Of a stretch of 64,000 bases of DNA, positions 10,849-21,836 are shown one piece after another (the stretch's first letter is position 1; the number at the start of each line of letters is the position of its first letter). The notes beneath the pieces were generated by a model. That model was given only the letters and a program-made list of their open reading frames with translations, searched no databases and was not told where the DNA came from. Source of the stretch: Diplonema japonicum (taxonomy: Eukaryota > Protista > Euglenozoa: Diplonemea); the NCBI GenBank assembly GCA_964019335.1, contig OZ025700.1, positions 434,001 to 498,000 of the forward strand. Reading direction: 5' to 3'. Position numbers and translations under genes: made by a program.

Positions 10849-11886
10849 TCACTGATCGTCTTGCATCTTCATCAACTTGATCATCTCCTCCACGGACGCC
10901 TTCACCTCTCCTTTGCCGTTTTGCTTGTCTATGCTCTCAGCGGCCTCGTTCAGTAGTGAAAAGTTTTTGAGGTCCTCGGGGATCGCTTGCTTCATGGAGT
11001 TCGCGACGCCCACGTCCACAATGCTGTCCCTGTCGGGGATGATGCGCAGCTCGGGGCAGTCCTGCGGTGGGATAGAAAGCAGGTCCTCAGGTGTGAACAG
11101 CAAAGCCGACTCCGCCGTGAACGGGTGGAACCCCATCAGCCTGCCCTTGCTTTTATTCTTCAGGACGTACATATCGAAACAGAATTTCTCCGGAGTGGAT
11201 ACATCGTGAGATGACAGGGAAGCGGTGACCGATGACGCCAGCGCAACAGCAGCTTCTTTAATATTGTCAATAACGTTGTAAAGAAACGGGAAGAACTCTG
11301 AAAGTCTCTTCTGCGAGATCCCCACGAGAACCCCATTGACAACGAAACAGCGGAAGCAGTTGTACTCGTCGATGTCGTACCACTTCCGCAGGGTCATCTG
11401 CAAGGGCTTCGATGCGGTGTGTCGTGCAGACCAGTCCTCGGTCGTTAGCGACGAGGATTTGAGGAGAAGGCAGACTTCGGTGGTGTTTTGACATTGCAGG
11501 ACCTCTCCGTTGACAATGGCCCAGCCAGCGTCTCGAGGGGCCTTGATGTTCGACATCGGGAAAATGGCGCCCTCGTACTCTTTGAAGAGGGTGTCGATCT
11601 CCTTCACTAATTCCTCGAAATCTTCGATTTCTTCTTCTTCTTCTTCTTCGCCGTCGTCTTCACTGCCCCAATCATCCTCTCCTGTGTATATATTGTACTC
11701 GCTCGTCCCGTTCACATATTCGCGGTTTGCCAGGCTCTTCGGTAGTTTCACAGTACCCGTCCCCAACACCCATTTCACAAACCCCTCATGCTCCCCCAGG
11801 TCGATTTTTGTTGACTTCAACCAAAGTTTTTCATCGACCACCTCCGCCCATGCCTTCGAGCCTTCTTCACTTGTGACACAGTCCAT
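10849..11886 (-). CDS. CDC123: Cdc123/D123 family ATP-grasp protein (eIF2 assembly factor)
   Basis: Motifs APRDAGW, VCLLLKSS, LRKWYDI...FRCFV...LVGISQ are typical of D123. Confidence 0.85.
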   Translation of the reverse strand: MDCVTSEEGSKAWAEVVDEKLWLKSTKIDLGEHEGFVKWVLGTGTVKLPKSLANREYVNGTSEYNIYTGEDDWGSEDDGEEEEEEEIEDFEELVKEIDTLFKEYEGAIFPMSNIKAPRDAGWAIVNGEVLQCQNTTEVCLLLKSSSLTTEDWSARHTASKPLQMTLRKWYDIDEYNCFRCFVVNGVLVGISQKRLSEFFPFLYNVIDNIKEAAVALASSVTASLSSHDVSTPEKFCFDMYVLKNKSKGRLMGFHPFTAESALLFTPEDLLSIPPQDCPELRIIPDRDSIVDVGVANSMKQAIPEDLKNFSLLNEAAESIDKQNGKGEVKASVEEMIKLMKMQDDQ

Positions 11887-12042
11887 TTTTTTTTATTTTA
11901 TTTTTTTTTACTGGAAGAGAGATGGAAGTAGAAAAAAAAAAAAAAAAAGAAGAAATGTACTTGAGGGGGGAAAGGGGAAGGTTAGGTCATTCCAAAACAA
12001 TTTTTTTTCTCCCCTCCCTTTTTTTTTCTTTTTTTTTTTTTT

Positions 12043-12375
12043 TTAGTTGTAGTAAAGCTCCAGACCACTCCCGTCCTGGATTTCGTAATCTGAGAGGGTG
12101 ATATGGTCTTTGAAAACCTGGTACCTGTGAGAAAAGGTATTTTCTTTTTGAAGTAATGAGGGGGAGGAATCACATACGCTTTTTGAATTCTGAGTTTTTC
12201 CCACCTGGTACCAATCTGCGCCGCGCAAAGCTTCTTCACATCTCCAACTGTGTCGTCTTCGTTACACTTCAGCCTCACCTGTTGGGGTTAAAAGAAAAAT
12301 GAGGGGGAAAAAAAAATGTGCACACACCTTATGCCCCAATCTGTCATTGAGGATGATCTCGATCATTCTCGGCAT
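12043..12375 (-). CDS. UBL5: Ubiquitin-like protein Hub1/UBL5; 3 exons (12375-12328, 12278-12178, 12124-12043)
   Basis: Removing GT-AG introns 12279-12327 (49 nt) and 12125-12177 (53 nt) gives [76 protein letters not shown], with the diagnostic YYx C-terminus. The start may be the second ATG at 12366. Confidence 0.95.
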
Positions 12376-12429
12376 TTCCCCCCTTTTTCCCTCTCCTATT
12401 TCGTTGCTTTATTCTATAGACAGAATGAT

Positions 12430-12462
<33 letters not shown>

Positions 12463-12503
12463 AGAAGAAGATTCCTTCATAGATCCCCGTATTTCCTGCA
12501 CAC

Positions 12504-13976
12504 CTAGGAGGGGGCCACGGGTTTCTTAGGTTTTTTCACGATCCTTTGCACCCTCTTCACTACGACGCGCTTCGCTTTCTTTGGTTTCTTGGCAAGATCT
12601 TCTTTCGCAGACTCTTTTTCCTCCTCGAGTTTTGAAAAGCCTTCTTCAGCGAGCAAAGCTACGTGGGTCTCATGTCTCTCGAAGACGTCAACCCTGGTCA
12701 CAAGACCCCTCCCTACCTTTTGCATCACGAAGACTGCATTGTGGATCACCCGCAGTTTGTCTCTCCCGACGCAGCCTCTTCCAACCCTCTGCAGGGCTGT
12801 GGATGAAGATACTCTGCGTGACATGCTGGCACGTTGCATTGCCTGGCGCCAGTAGTTTTGCAGAACCCTCGCAGCACAAGACCGTCTCGTTAAATACTCC
12901 CTCAAAGCCCTCTGGATCACCAGCACGCTGCTGATGTTGTCCGCAGCATGTTGTAAGCTGCGACGGGATAAGTATTTTCTTCCGATCTTTTGTAGAATGC
13001 CGAGCGCGTGGCGAGCAAGGAGTGTGAGTGAGGTGGGCAGAATGATACGATTCGCACGCCGAGCGAGATGCCCCCTCCCAACACGCTGCAGAGCGGTCAC
13101 CGGAGTGAGCAACAGAAGAGAACGCCTGCCAAGGTAAGCACGGCCCACTTTGGACAGAGTGAGTTGCGACAGCTTCAACTGTTCAAGAGCCTGTAGCTTG
13201 AGGAAGGCGTCTTGGAGTTCCCTATCGGCAGCCTGCAGCTCCTCGCACAGGGCAGTCATTCTAGCATCGTCCTCCTCCCCACCACCGTCATCGTCGTTGA
13301 ACCCATGCACCACGAAGTCCATCGACAGCACTGAGCGCTCATCATCAAAGAAATTCACTTTAAAATCCTCGTCACCTTCGTCGCCATGTGACGTTTGCTG
13401 CTGTTGCTGTTGCTGGTAGAAGTCGCTGTTCCGGAAGAGGCGGCTCCCCGTCTTGGACAGCAAGTCAACCCCACTCACGTCCCTGTTGAAGTCTTCTTGA
13501 GTGCCGACAGACACTTTTCCGTTGGCGTGGCGTGTGGCAGCTAACGGCGGGAACCCACCAAGAGGCGGGTCGGGGGGGTCCATCTTGCACAGCTGCTTCG
13601 TGCACTTTGACAGCCAATGCGACAGTGCTTGCCTCTCTGAGCCAATCACCACCAGCGTGCACCTTGAACAGAGATACGCTGCATGCTGAGACTTCCTATC
13701 TTTCTTGATGCGCTGCCTCTCCACCTGCACGGCCACAGACCGTATACCAAGTGTTGCCTCCTTCTTCCTCGTCCTTCCAAACGCACCTATTGCGGGTGAC
13801 TTCGGGCTTGCCGGGCTACTTTGCACCGGTACCTCACCCCGCAGCATGGCCTTCCATTCCTCTGCTTTCTTCTTTCGCTCTTCCCTTCCAGGGACAACAC
13901 AGCCACCGAAGTCGTTGGTTGCCATTCCCTTGCTCCTCTTGTTGTCCATCCATAACACGTACTTCTTGTCTGCCAT
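12504..13976 (-). CDS. IQ-motif protein with possible C2HC-type zinc finger and coiled coil
   Basis: Repeated LQRVGRG/LQKIGRK/IQRALRE/LQNYWRQ motifs and CSRC...HWLSKC. Confidence 0.7.
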   Translation of the reverse strand: MADKKYVLWMDNKRSKGMATNDFGGCVVPGREERKKKAEEWKAMLRGEVPVQSSPASPKSPAIGAFGRTRKKEATLGIRSVAVQVERQRIKKDRKSQHAAYLCSRCTLVVIGSERQALSHWLSKCTKQLCKMDPPDPPLGGFPPLAATRHANGKVSVGTQEDFNRDVSGVDLLSKTGSRLFRNSDFYQQQQQQQTSHGDEGDEDFKVNFFDDERSVLSMDFVVHGFNDDDGGGEEDDARMTALCEELQAADRELQDAFLKLQALEQLKLSQLTLSKVGRAYLGRRSLLLLTPVTALQRVGRGHLARRANRIILPTSLTLLARHALGILQKIGRKYLSRRSLQHAADNISSVLVIQRALREYLTRRSCAARVLQNYWRQAMQRASMSRRVSSSTALQRVGRGCVGRDKLRVIHNAVFVMQKVGRGLVTRVDVFERHETHVALLAEEGFSKLEEEKESAKEDLAKKPKKAKRVVVKRVQRIVKKPKKPVAPS

Positions 13977-14031
13977 TTGGTGCCCGACCCAAGGCCTGTC
14001 AGAATATCAACGTGACATGTTAAAAAACATT

Positions 14032-15456
14032 TTACATCCCTCCCCCTCCTTTGGTAAACCAGGGCACTGCCTTCTGACCGGAGGAGTGGTTTGTGAAGCT
14101 TCGAGCGGGTTTCCAGTCCTTTGTGCTGTCGGGGGCGTTCTGGCCGGGGGTCCACTCCCCACCTTTTCCCCATTTATTCAAGTTAAAATGCTCTGAAAGC
14201 TCTCGACGGGAGTTCTCGGTTTTTTTCAAGGCGAGCCTTGCTCTGAGGACATCAGGGTGGTCGTCGGGGAGGAAGGACCGCAGGCGCTTCTCGTCTTCGT
14301 AGAAATTGGGGTCCTTGTCCGCGATCATCCGCTTGTTGCCCACGCCGCGTGTGGCATCGTACTCGGGTGTGAACTCTGCACCCATGAAACCGCCTGTCAG
14401 ATGGGTTTTTTCCTTGTTCCAAATCGGTCTGCACAGCAGGACAGTCTCGCGAAGACGGATCCCCATTTTCATGAACTCCGTGAATTTGATGGGAACGATG
14501 GTGGTCGATCGCCCGAATCTCTCTTGAAGGAATTTTTCCGCTTCGGGGAACCCCGCGGGGACGAGAAGAGGAGGCATTCCACCACCACCTATCGACCCGA
14601 GGCACACGGAGCTAGTTGCATAAGGCGGCGCTGATAAAAATTGGATACCGGCGACTGACAGCCCCGTTTCTTTGGCAGCGGTGATGGCGCCTGGCACGCT
14701 GCCGTCGACCAAGACGCACGAACCGTCTGGGGACCCCATGAAGTCTGTTAGAGGCCGGCGGAGATCCCTACCGTCCATGTTCAGCGTTCTCAAAGCGTTT
14801 TTTTTTTCATGCGCGTTGCGGTTGTCGACCGATGCCTGCCCGCCCCGTGCACGGGGGTCCATCGTCTCACTCAAGATCTTCATCGCCTGAGGAGATTAAA
14901 ACATTTTCTTTTTCTCTTAATTTACATACATATCCAGCCGCCTCATCACGCTGCCCAGCGATGAAGACTCCCGACGCGTGGAAAATATCCCGCGCGTCGA
15001 ATTTTGGAGCTTTGACACGTGAGAATAAGTTCAAGGTGGGCATGAATACCTTTTTTTATTTTATTTCTTTTTTATTTTGTATTTCTTAGATTATACCTTT
15101 TGATCTGTTAAATATTTTTTGATCGCGAAATGCGCTGCTGGAGAATGCCCATCGGGGTGGATGTTTAGCATCAGCCTCCCCGGCACCTCGAAGGCATATC
15201 GCCCTATCCGGCAGCTGAACGGGGATTTGTTATCTGGTGGTAACATGATCACTCTAAAGCCCACCTGCTCCAACACCACCTTCAACTGCTCGTGCTCTTC
15301 TCGCAGCATTCTTAGATTCACGTTTGAATCTGATGCTTGCTGCTCCAACTCTGAGAGCTTTCTCATAATGACGACACCCCCGGCAACCCCACTCATAAGC
15401 CTGCGCTCTTTAAATCTGCCTCCTACTTGCTTTGTTATACGTCGTATTATATTCAT
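14032..15456 (-). CDS. DDAH/amidinotransferase-fold protein, apparently non-catalytic, with mitochondrial-like presequence; 3 exons (15456-15097, 15049-14930, 14886-14032)
   Basis: Introns 15050-15096 and 14887-14929 join two ORF-track fragments into 444 aa. Segments EEHEQLKVVLEQVGFRVIMLPPD, FDARDIFHASGVFIAG and IVPIKFTEFMKMG parallel DDAH motifs. Confidence 0.6.
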
Positions 15457-15759
15457 TTTTTAATTTTTTAATTTTTTTTTTTTTTTCCTGTGGGGTATTT
15501 TTGTTTTTTTTTCTCATTTCAATTTAAAAAGACCATTTAACTATGACTTTTTTTTTTGTTACAAACCAAGGACCAGGGTATGGGCGGGGGAGGGAAGAAA
15601 AAAAACGCCTCAAAAAGCGTTATTTTTTTTTTCTTAATTATATCTTCTAGGGAAAAAAAAAAAAAAAAAGAAAAAAAGAAAAAAAAAAAAAAAAAGGAAA
15701 TCTAACTAAAAGAAAAAAAAAAAGAAAAAAAAACGAAAAATCTAGTAACTCTAGCAAGG

Positions 15760-18700
15760 TCATGTCACAGCGAGGTCGCGGCGTATGTCTTCGATCCACG
15801 CCTGTGGTGGTAAGGGTGGCAGGAGATACGTTGGGGAACACATACATAAACTTCAGATTTGAGCGGGCGGTCGTTAAGCTTCCTAATAACATCAGCAAGG
15901 TTCGCTTTCTTATCAAGCAGCTCACGTGCCTGTCGGGGGGGTGTGGGGAGGCACACACTACATACCTCTAGCCTGTTTGCTTTGGAGTTCTCCAACCGCA
16001 TCAGCTCATTGATGACCTTTGTGGCATCGATCTTGTCATCAAGCAACGACCTCACAAGACTCTCGTCAGCCTTGTTGTCTAACATATCGGTCACTGTGCT
16101 TAGGATGTGATCTCTTAGCTGTTCCAGCGCACCATCAGGTCTTGTTGCTCTTTGCTGCGACTTGCTCTCCAGCAGTGCCTCCACACTGTTCATCACAATC
16201 GGCAGCACCACCCCTGCAATGTACTTTGTGTTTCCCGCGATCCACTTCTTGATGTACTCAGGTAGCAGTGCTTTCAGATCTGCCGTTCTCAGACTGTCCT
16301 TTGAGGCGCCGATCACCTTCGTTGTTTCTATCTTGATGTCGTTCAGGATCTCTTCCACCACCTGGTCTGTGTGGTGTGTCACTGTTTCGTTCACAATATG
16401 TGTCACTGTGTCCCCCACCTTGCTGCTGCACGTCCTTCTGAGGTTCTCTGCTGCCTCTGCAAACCCTTCCTCGCCCACTGCATGCCGTACTTCTGCCTCC
16501 ACTGTGTCGCGTACCATGTCACGGCATTCCCCGACCAGCCTCGCCACCATCATTTCCACGCACTGTGCTACTTCCACGTTCACCACACCTGCCAGGCCCA
16601 TGTTCGCTTCCACGCGTGCTGTCTCCCTAATTCGCTCCTCGACAGCCTTCTTTGCGGTCTCTGAAGCCCGCAGCACTTCCTTCCGTATCAACGTGTCCCG
16701 TGCCTCGGCGGCATCCCTCCTGACCTCCGCCAGCTGCTCCGTCCCCACAACGCCCCCTTGCAGGCCTTCCTCAACCATCTTTCGCACTTCAATTCCTTCC
16801 AACATCTTTTGGGCGCCCTCGTTTGCTGTTCGCATTCTGTACTCCCTCAACGCTTCGCTGCCGACTTGTGCCGCCACCTGTGCTGTGTTGTCCTTCACCA
16901 TTTGCCGTGTCGACGTTTTCAGTGCAGCCATGATGTCTTGTTCTGCGTCACGCAGAGCGTCGTCAGCAGCCACTTGTGCAGCTGCACGCAGTTCGTTCAA
17001 GACAATGGCCTCGGAGGATGCCTTCAAGAGTGTCGACGTTGTGTGTATCTCGCTGCTGATGACGTCGAAGGTAGCATTCTTGATGAGGTTTGAGGAGGTG
17101 TCGTTGATCATGTGCTTCACCGCGTTCTGCGCTGTTGTCCGCAATCCAGTCAAGGAGGCCCTCAGCGATGTGTGAGCTGCTTCAGATGCTAGCTCTTTCG
17201 TCTTTTCGGACACAAGCACACATGCCTGCGCTTTGACCTTGTTGACGGTATCAACTGAAGCTGCCTCCACTTGCTGCAGCACCGCCAGGTCTACCTTGTA
17301 GGAGATCGAGGGCAGCAGTGCCTGCATGATAGAGGCTGTAACTGATTTGAAGGTTTCGTCGTCTTGTGTCTTTGCAACTTCCTCGCCGACAGTAGCCGCT
17401 ATAAGCTCTTCGACGGGAATGTCGTGCAGCGCTTTCCTTGACTCCGTCGTGATGCTCTCGCTGAGGCCTTGGCCCACAGCTTCTTTTACTTTACTTTTGA
17501 TGTCTTCCGCACATTTCGCTTGTACTTCCTCTGCAACTTGCAGCACTTCTTTCCTTACCATCACATTCCGTGCCTCAACGGCATCCCTCCTGACCTCCGC
17601 CAGCTGCCCCGCATTAACAACACCCCCTTGCATGCTCTCCTGGACCATCTTGTGCATCTCGATGCCCTCCAGAAGCTTCCGCACGCTTTCATCGATATTT
17701 CTTTCCCTGTACTCCATCAGCGCCTCGCTGCCAGCCTGTGCCGCTACTTGCGTCATGTTGTCCCTTACCATTTGTCGTGTTGACGTTTTCAGTGCAGCCA
17801 TGATGTCTTGTTCAGCATCGTGCAACGCGCTACCTGCAGCGGCCTGTGCAGCAACCCGCAGCTCACCGAGCACAGTAGCCTCAGCAGATGCTTTCAAGAG
17901 ATTCGACGTTGTGTGCATCTCGCTGCTGACGATGTCGAAAGTGACATTTTTGATGAGGCCGGCAGAAGTGTCACTGAGCACACGCTTCACGGTGTCCTGT
18001 GCTGTTGTCTGGAGGTCCGCTGACGAGGAGGCGAGTGCTGTGCGTGCTGCTTGTGATGCCAGTTCTTTCGTCTTTGTGGCTACCAACTCGCGTGCCTGTT
18101 CAGTGAGCCCTTTGCGCTGTTCTGTCAAGAACTCGCGTACGGAGCACTGGGCTACCAGGTTGATCCCATCGCTGTGCTCTGCGAGCACGTTGCCAACCCC
18201 TTCTCCCTTGGCTTCTTTTGACCAGTCCACGAACGCATCTTTCAGCTCTTCCGAAAACTGTACAAGCATTTCTTGTGTGTTCCCTTTATTGTCACCAACT
18301 ATGTTTTGCAGGTCCTCTTTCCCTTTACCAACTTCCTTCTTGAGCAGATCCAGCCCTTCTTTGATCATAGTACGGATAGAGTCAATGGCGCTCTTCCCTG
18401 TTTTGGTCAGCTTCTCAGCCACGCCAACTAGCTGTGTTTCCTTTGACTCGTTCTGCTCTATCGCCCACTTGTCGATGCACTCTCTCCCAAGTTCTTGTAT
18501 CTCATCGCTTGTCCAGGTCTTACCTGTCTCTTCTTTTAAGCTCTTGAGCATCCCATCTACCATTTCCCACAAGGCAGCAGGGCCTGCAGTTGCCCAAGCA
18601 TCTGCCTCTTCCTTAACTATGCCTCTCACCACAGGGGACGTTGCGATCAGACCCTCAAACATTGTGAACATCTCTTCTTCACTCCATCTCTGGATCATTG

Positions 18701-21700
18701 CAGTCACAGCCTTGTTCAGAGACACAGGACCCCCCGCCACCCACTCCTCAATACCATTCTTCACGGCACCAGGTACCTGACCAACAGCAGTGTCCACTTT
18801 GTCGGAGAGCCTGTTTAAAACTGCCGTCAGACTTGCAGGCGATGACCTCAAGTAACTATCCACAACACCCCACAAGCGTTCCTCGCTGGCCTGTCCTTGC
18901 TTGATCATGTAAGGAAGGTGTTCGTCACTCCACCTCTGCACGCCTCCAACAACCACCCTGTTCAAGGAAGTAGGACTAGATGTCACCCAGTCTTCAATCT
19001 CCTGCTTCACGACACGTGCAAGCTGTGCTGAATACTCAGTGGAGGTGGTGTGTTCGTCACCCCAGCGGGAAGCGGCAGAGGAAACTGCTCTTGTCAGGAC
19101 AGTGGGGTTCGAAGCCACCCAGTCTTCTGCTTCTTGCCTTACAACACGAGCAAGATGAGGTGAGGTGCCTGCCCACTGCTCGACAGAGGACGCGAGATGT
19201 TCATCACCCCACCGTTGTGCCACTGCGACCATCGCTCTGTTAAGGGAGGAAGGATTCGATGTCACCCAGTCCTCTGCTTCTTGCCGCACCACACGAGACA
19301 GCTGAGATGAAGTGCCTGCCCACTGCTCAACAAGTGCCGCAAGGTGTTCATCGCTCCATTTCTGGGTGCCCATGGTGATTGCCCTGCTCAAGGAAGGTGG
19401 GCTTGTAAGCACCCAGTCTTCCACCCCTCTGCTCTGCTCACTTCTCACCACACGTGTCAAGGTAGGCGGTGCCGAAGCAACCCACCCCTCCACGACACGA
19501 CACACTTGGTCTTCCGTCATCCTTCCTTGCTGCAGGTCGTCACCTATACGTTGCACTGTGGTGGTCACCACTTTGCTGAGTGTGTTGGGATTAGATGATG
19601 CCCAGTCGTCTGCCTGCTGCTTGACTATGCGTGGGAGGGATTGAGAGGTTTTAGCCCAGTTTTCCAACGTTGGCGGGAGGTGCTCATCGGACCACTTCTG
19701 CAGTGACGCCGCAGCGATCCTATTAAGGGATGTTGGAGAGGAGAGAGCCCAGTCCTCAAGCAGCGACGAAAGTTGGGGCTTGCGAAGTTCATCGGAGACG
19801 TAGGAGGGGAGGGAGTCTGCAGCCCACTTAGCCATGAATGCGTTAAAAAAACGCGACACAGTAGGGGTTCCAAGTGCTGCCTCTAGAGTTGTTGGGAAGG
19901 TGTTGTTGATGGCGGTATTGCAGATCTTTGAGACGGGCGAAGGATTTTGCTGCAACCAGTCTTCTACAGTTCTCGTTATTGTGTCCTCCAGCCGCACGGG
20001 GACCTTTTCCTCGACACACCTTGTCGCGGCGTCCTTGCACAGTCTTGTAAGAGATGGTGGTGCGGCCCCTGCCCACCCCTCAGCGATTCGGGGCACGTTT
20101 GCAACTGCCCATTCTTCACAAACGCTGCGCACATGGTCGTCCGTCGACTGTTCTTGTTTCATGAGACGTGCCAGTTGCTCGTCACTCCATCTCTGGATCA
20201 TTGCAGTCACAGCCTTGTTCAAAGACACAGGACCCCCCGCCACCCACTCCTCAATACCATTCTTCACGGCACCAGGTACCTGACCAACAGCAGTGTCCAC
20301 TTTGTCGGAGAGCCTGTTTAAAACTGCCGTCAGACTTGCAGGCGATGACCTCAAGTAACTATCCACAACACCCCACAAGCGTTCCTCGCTGGCCTGTCCT
20401 TGCTTGATCATGTAAGGAAGGTGTTCGTCACTCCACCTCTGCACGCCTCCAACAACCACCCTGTTCAAGGAAGTAGGACTAGATGTCACCCAGTCTTCAA
20501 TCTCCTGCTTCACGACACGTGCAAGCTGTGCTGAATACTCAGTGGAGGTGGTGTGTTCGTCACCCCAGCGGGAAGCGGCAGAGGAAACTGCTCTTGTCAG
20601 GACAGTGGGGTTCGAAGCCACCCAGTCTTCTGCTTCTTGCCTTACAACACGAGCAAGATGAGGTGAGGTGCCTGCCCACTGCTCGACAGAGGACGCGAGA
20701 TGTTCATCACCCCACCGTTGTGCCACTGCGACCATCGCTCTGTTAAGGGAGGAAGGATTCGATGTCACCCAGTCCTCTGCTTCTTGCCGCACCACACGAG
20801 ACAGCTGAGATGAAGTGCCTGCCCACTGCTCAACAAGTGCCGCAAGGTGTTCATCGCTCCATTTCTGGGTGCCCATGGTGATTGCCCTGCTCAAGGAAGG
20901 TGGGCTTGTAAGCACCCAGTCTTCCACCCCTCTGCTCTGCTCACTTCTCACCACACGTGTCAAGGTAGGCGGTGCCGAAGCAACCCACCCCTCCACGACA
21001 CGACACACTTGGTCTTCCGTCATCCTTCCTTGCTGCAGGTCGTCACCTATACGTTGCACTGTGGTGGTCACCACTTTGCTGAGTGTGTTGGGATTAGATG
21101 ATGCCCAGTCGTCTGCCTGCTGCTTGACTATGCGTGGGAGGGATTGAGAGGTTTTAGCCCAGTTTTCCAACGTTGGCGGGAGGTGCTCATCGGACCACTT
21201 CTCGATGGAGGCAGCAATGAGGCTGGTGACAGGGGGCTGAAAGTCGTGAAAAGAGGGTGCGTGTGTGCGTACAAGTGTGGGAAGGGTGGACTCAGACCAC
21301 ATGGAGAGGGTGGAGGTGACAGTCTTGGTAGCCCAGTTGTCGAGGTGGACGGGCAACTTAGCTGCCAATGCTGTAACCAAAACCTGCGAGGGAGCTTCGG
21401 AGTGCTGCTTCACGACGGCATCGAGTCTTGCAGACCGTGTCTTGCAGGTTTCCTCCATCATGTCCAGCCGCCGGCCTACGACTGCTATCTCTTCGTCGAT
21501 CTTGGCCCCCAGTGCGGCCGTTTTCTTCTTCAGCGCTGCCCCCACAGAATGTTTGCTGGCCTTCTCATCCAAACTTTGCATGTCTGCCTTTTTGTCCAGC
21601 TCCTGCCTCAGGGTGAAGATGACGCCCTGCATATTCCTGAACAGGATCCTCACGATGGACGGGATGTTGTGCCACTCAGGGCTGTCGCACACAAGGTCCT

Positions 21701-21788
21701 CGACGGCCCCCATCCCTTTGCAGAAGGACATGTTCTCAAAGATCGCATCGCCGTCGTACTTGAGGGTCTCTCCGTGGAGGACCTGCAT
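15760..21788 (-). CDS. Giant (~1980 aa) helical repeat/coiled-coil protein with Trp-anchored repeats; terminal introns 15930-15965 and 15802-15845
   Basis: 2008-aa ORF. Two GTATGT...CAG introns near the 3' end give the C-terminus ...KSEVYAWIEDIRRDLAVT*. Acceptor CCCCAG lies just before GTG ATG at 21791-21786. Confidence 0.8.
16690..18075. repeat. Older intragenic duplication (~16690-17205 vs ~17560-18075, offset 870)
   Basis: Shared blocks gcatccctcctgacctccgccagctg and gacgttttcagtgcagccatgatgtcttgttc; duplicated peptide AEQDIMAALKTSTRQMV. Confidence 0.85.
18679..21202. repeat. Intragenic direct duplication ~1.02 kb (18679-19699 and 20182-21202, offset 1503)
   Basis: The copies are identical by eye except ttgttcaga/ttgttcaaa, and the ORF track shows identical short ORFs at both places. 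Confidence 0.95.
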
Positions 21789-21836
21789 CACCTGGGGAGG
21801 AAGCTAGTGAGTGGCTTGTAGGGAAAGCTAAATTAC

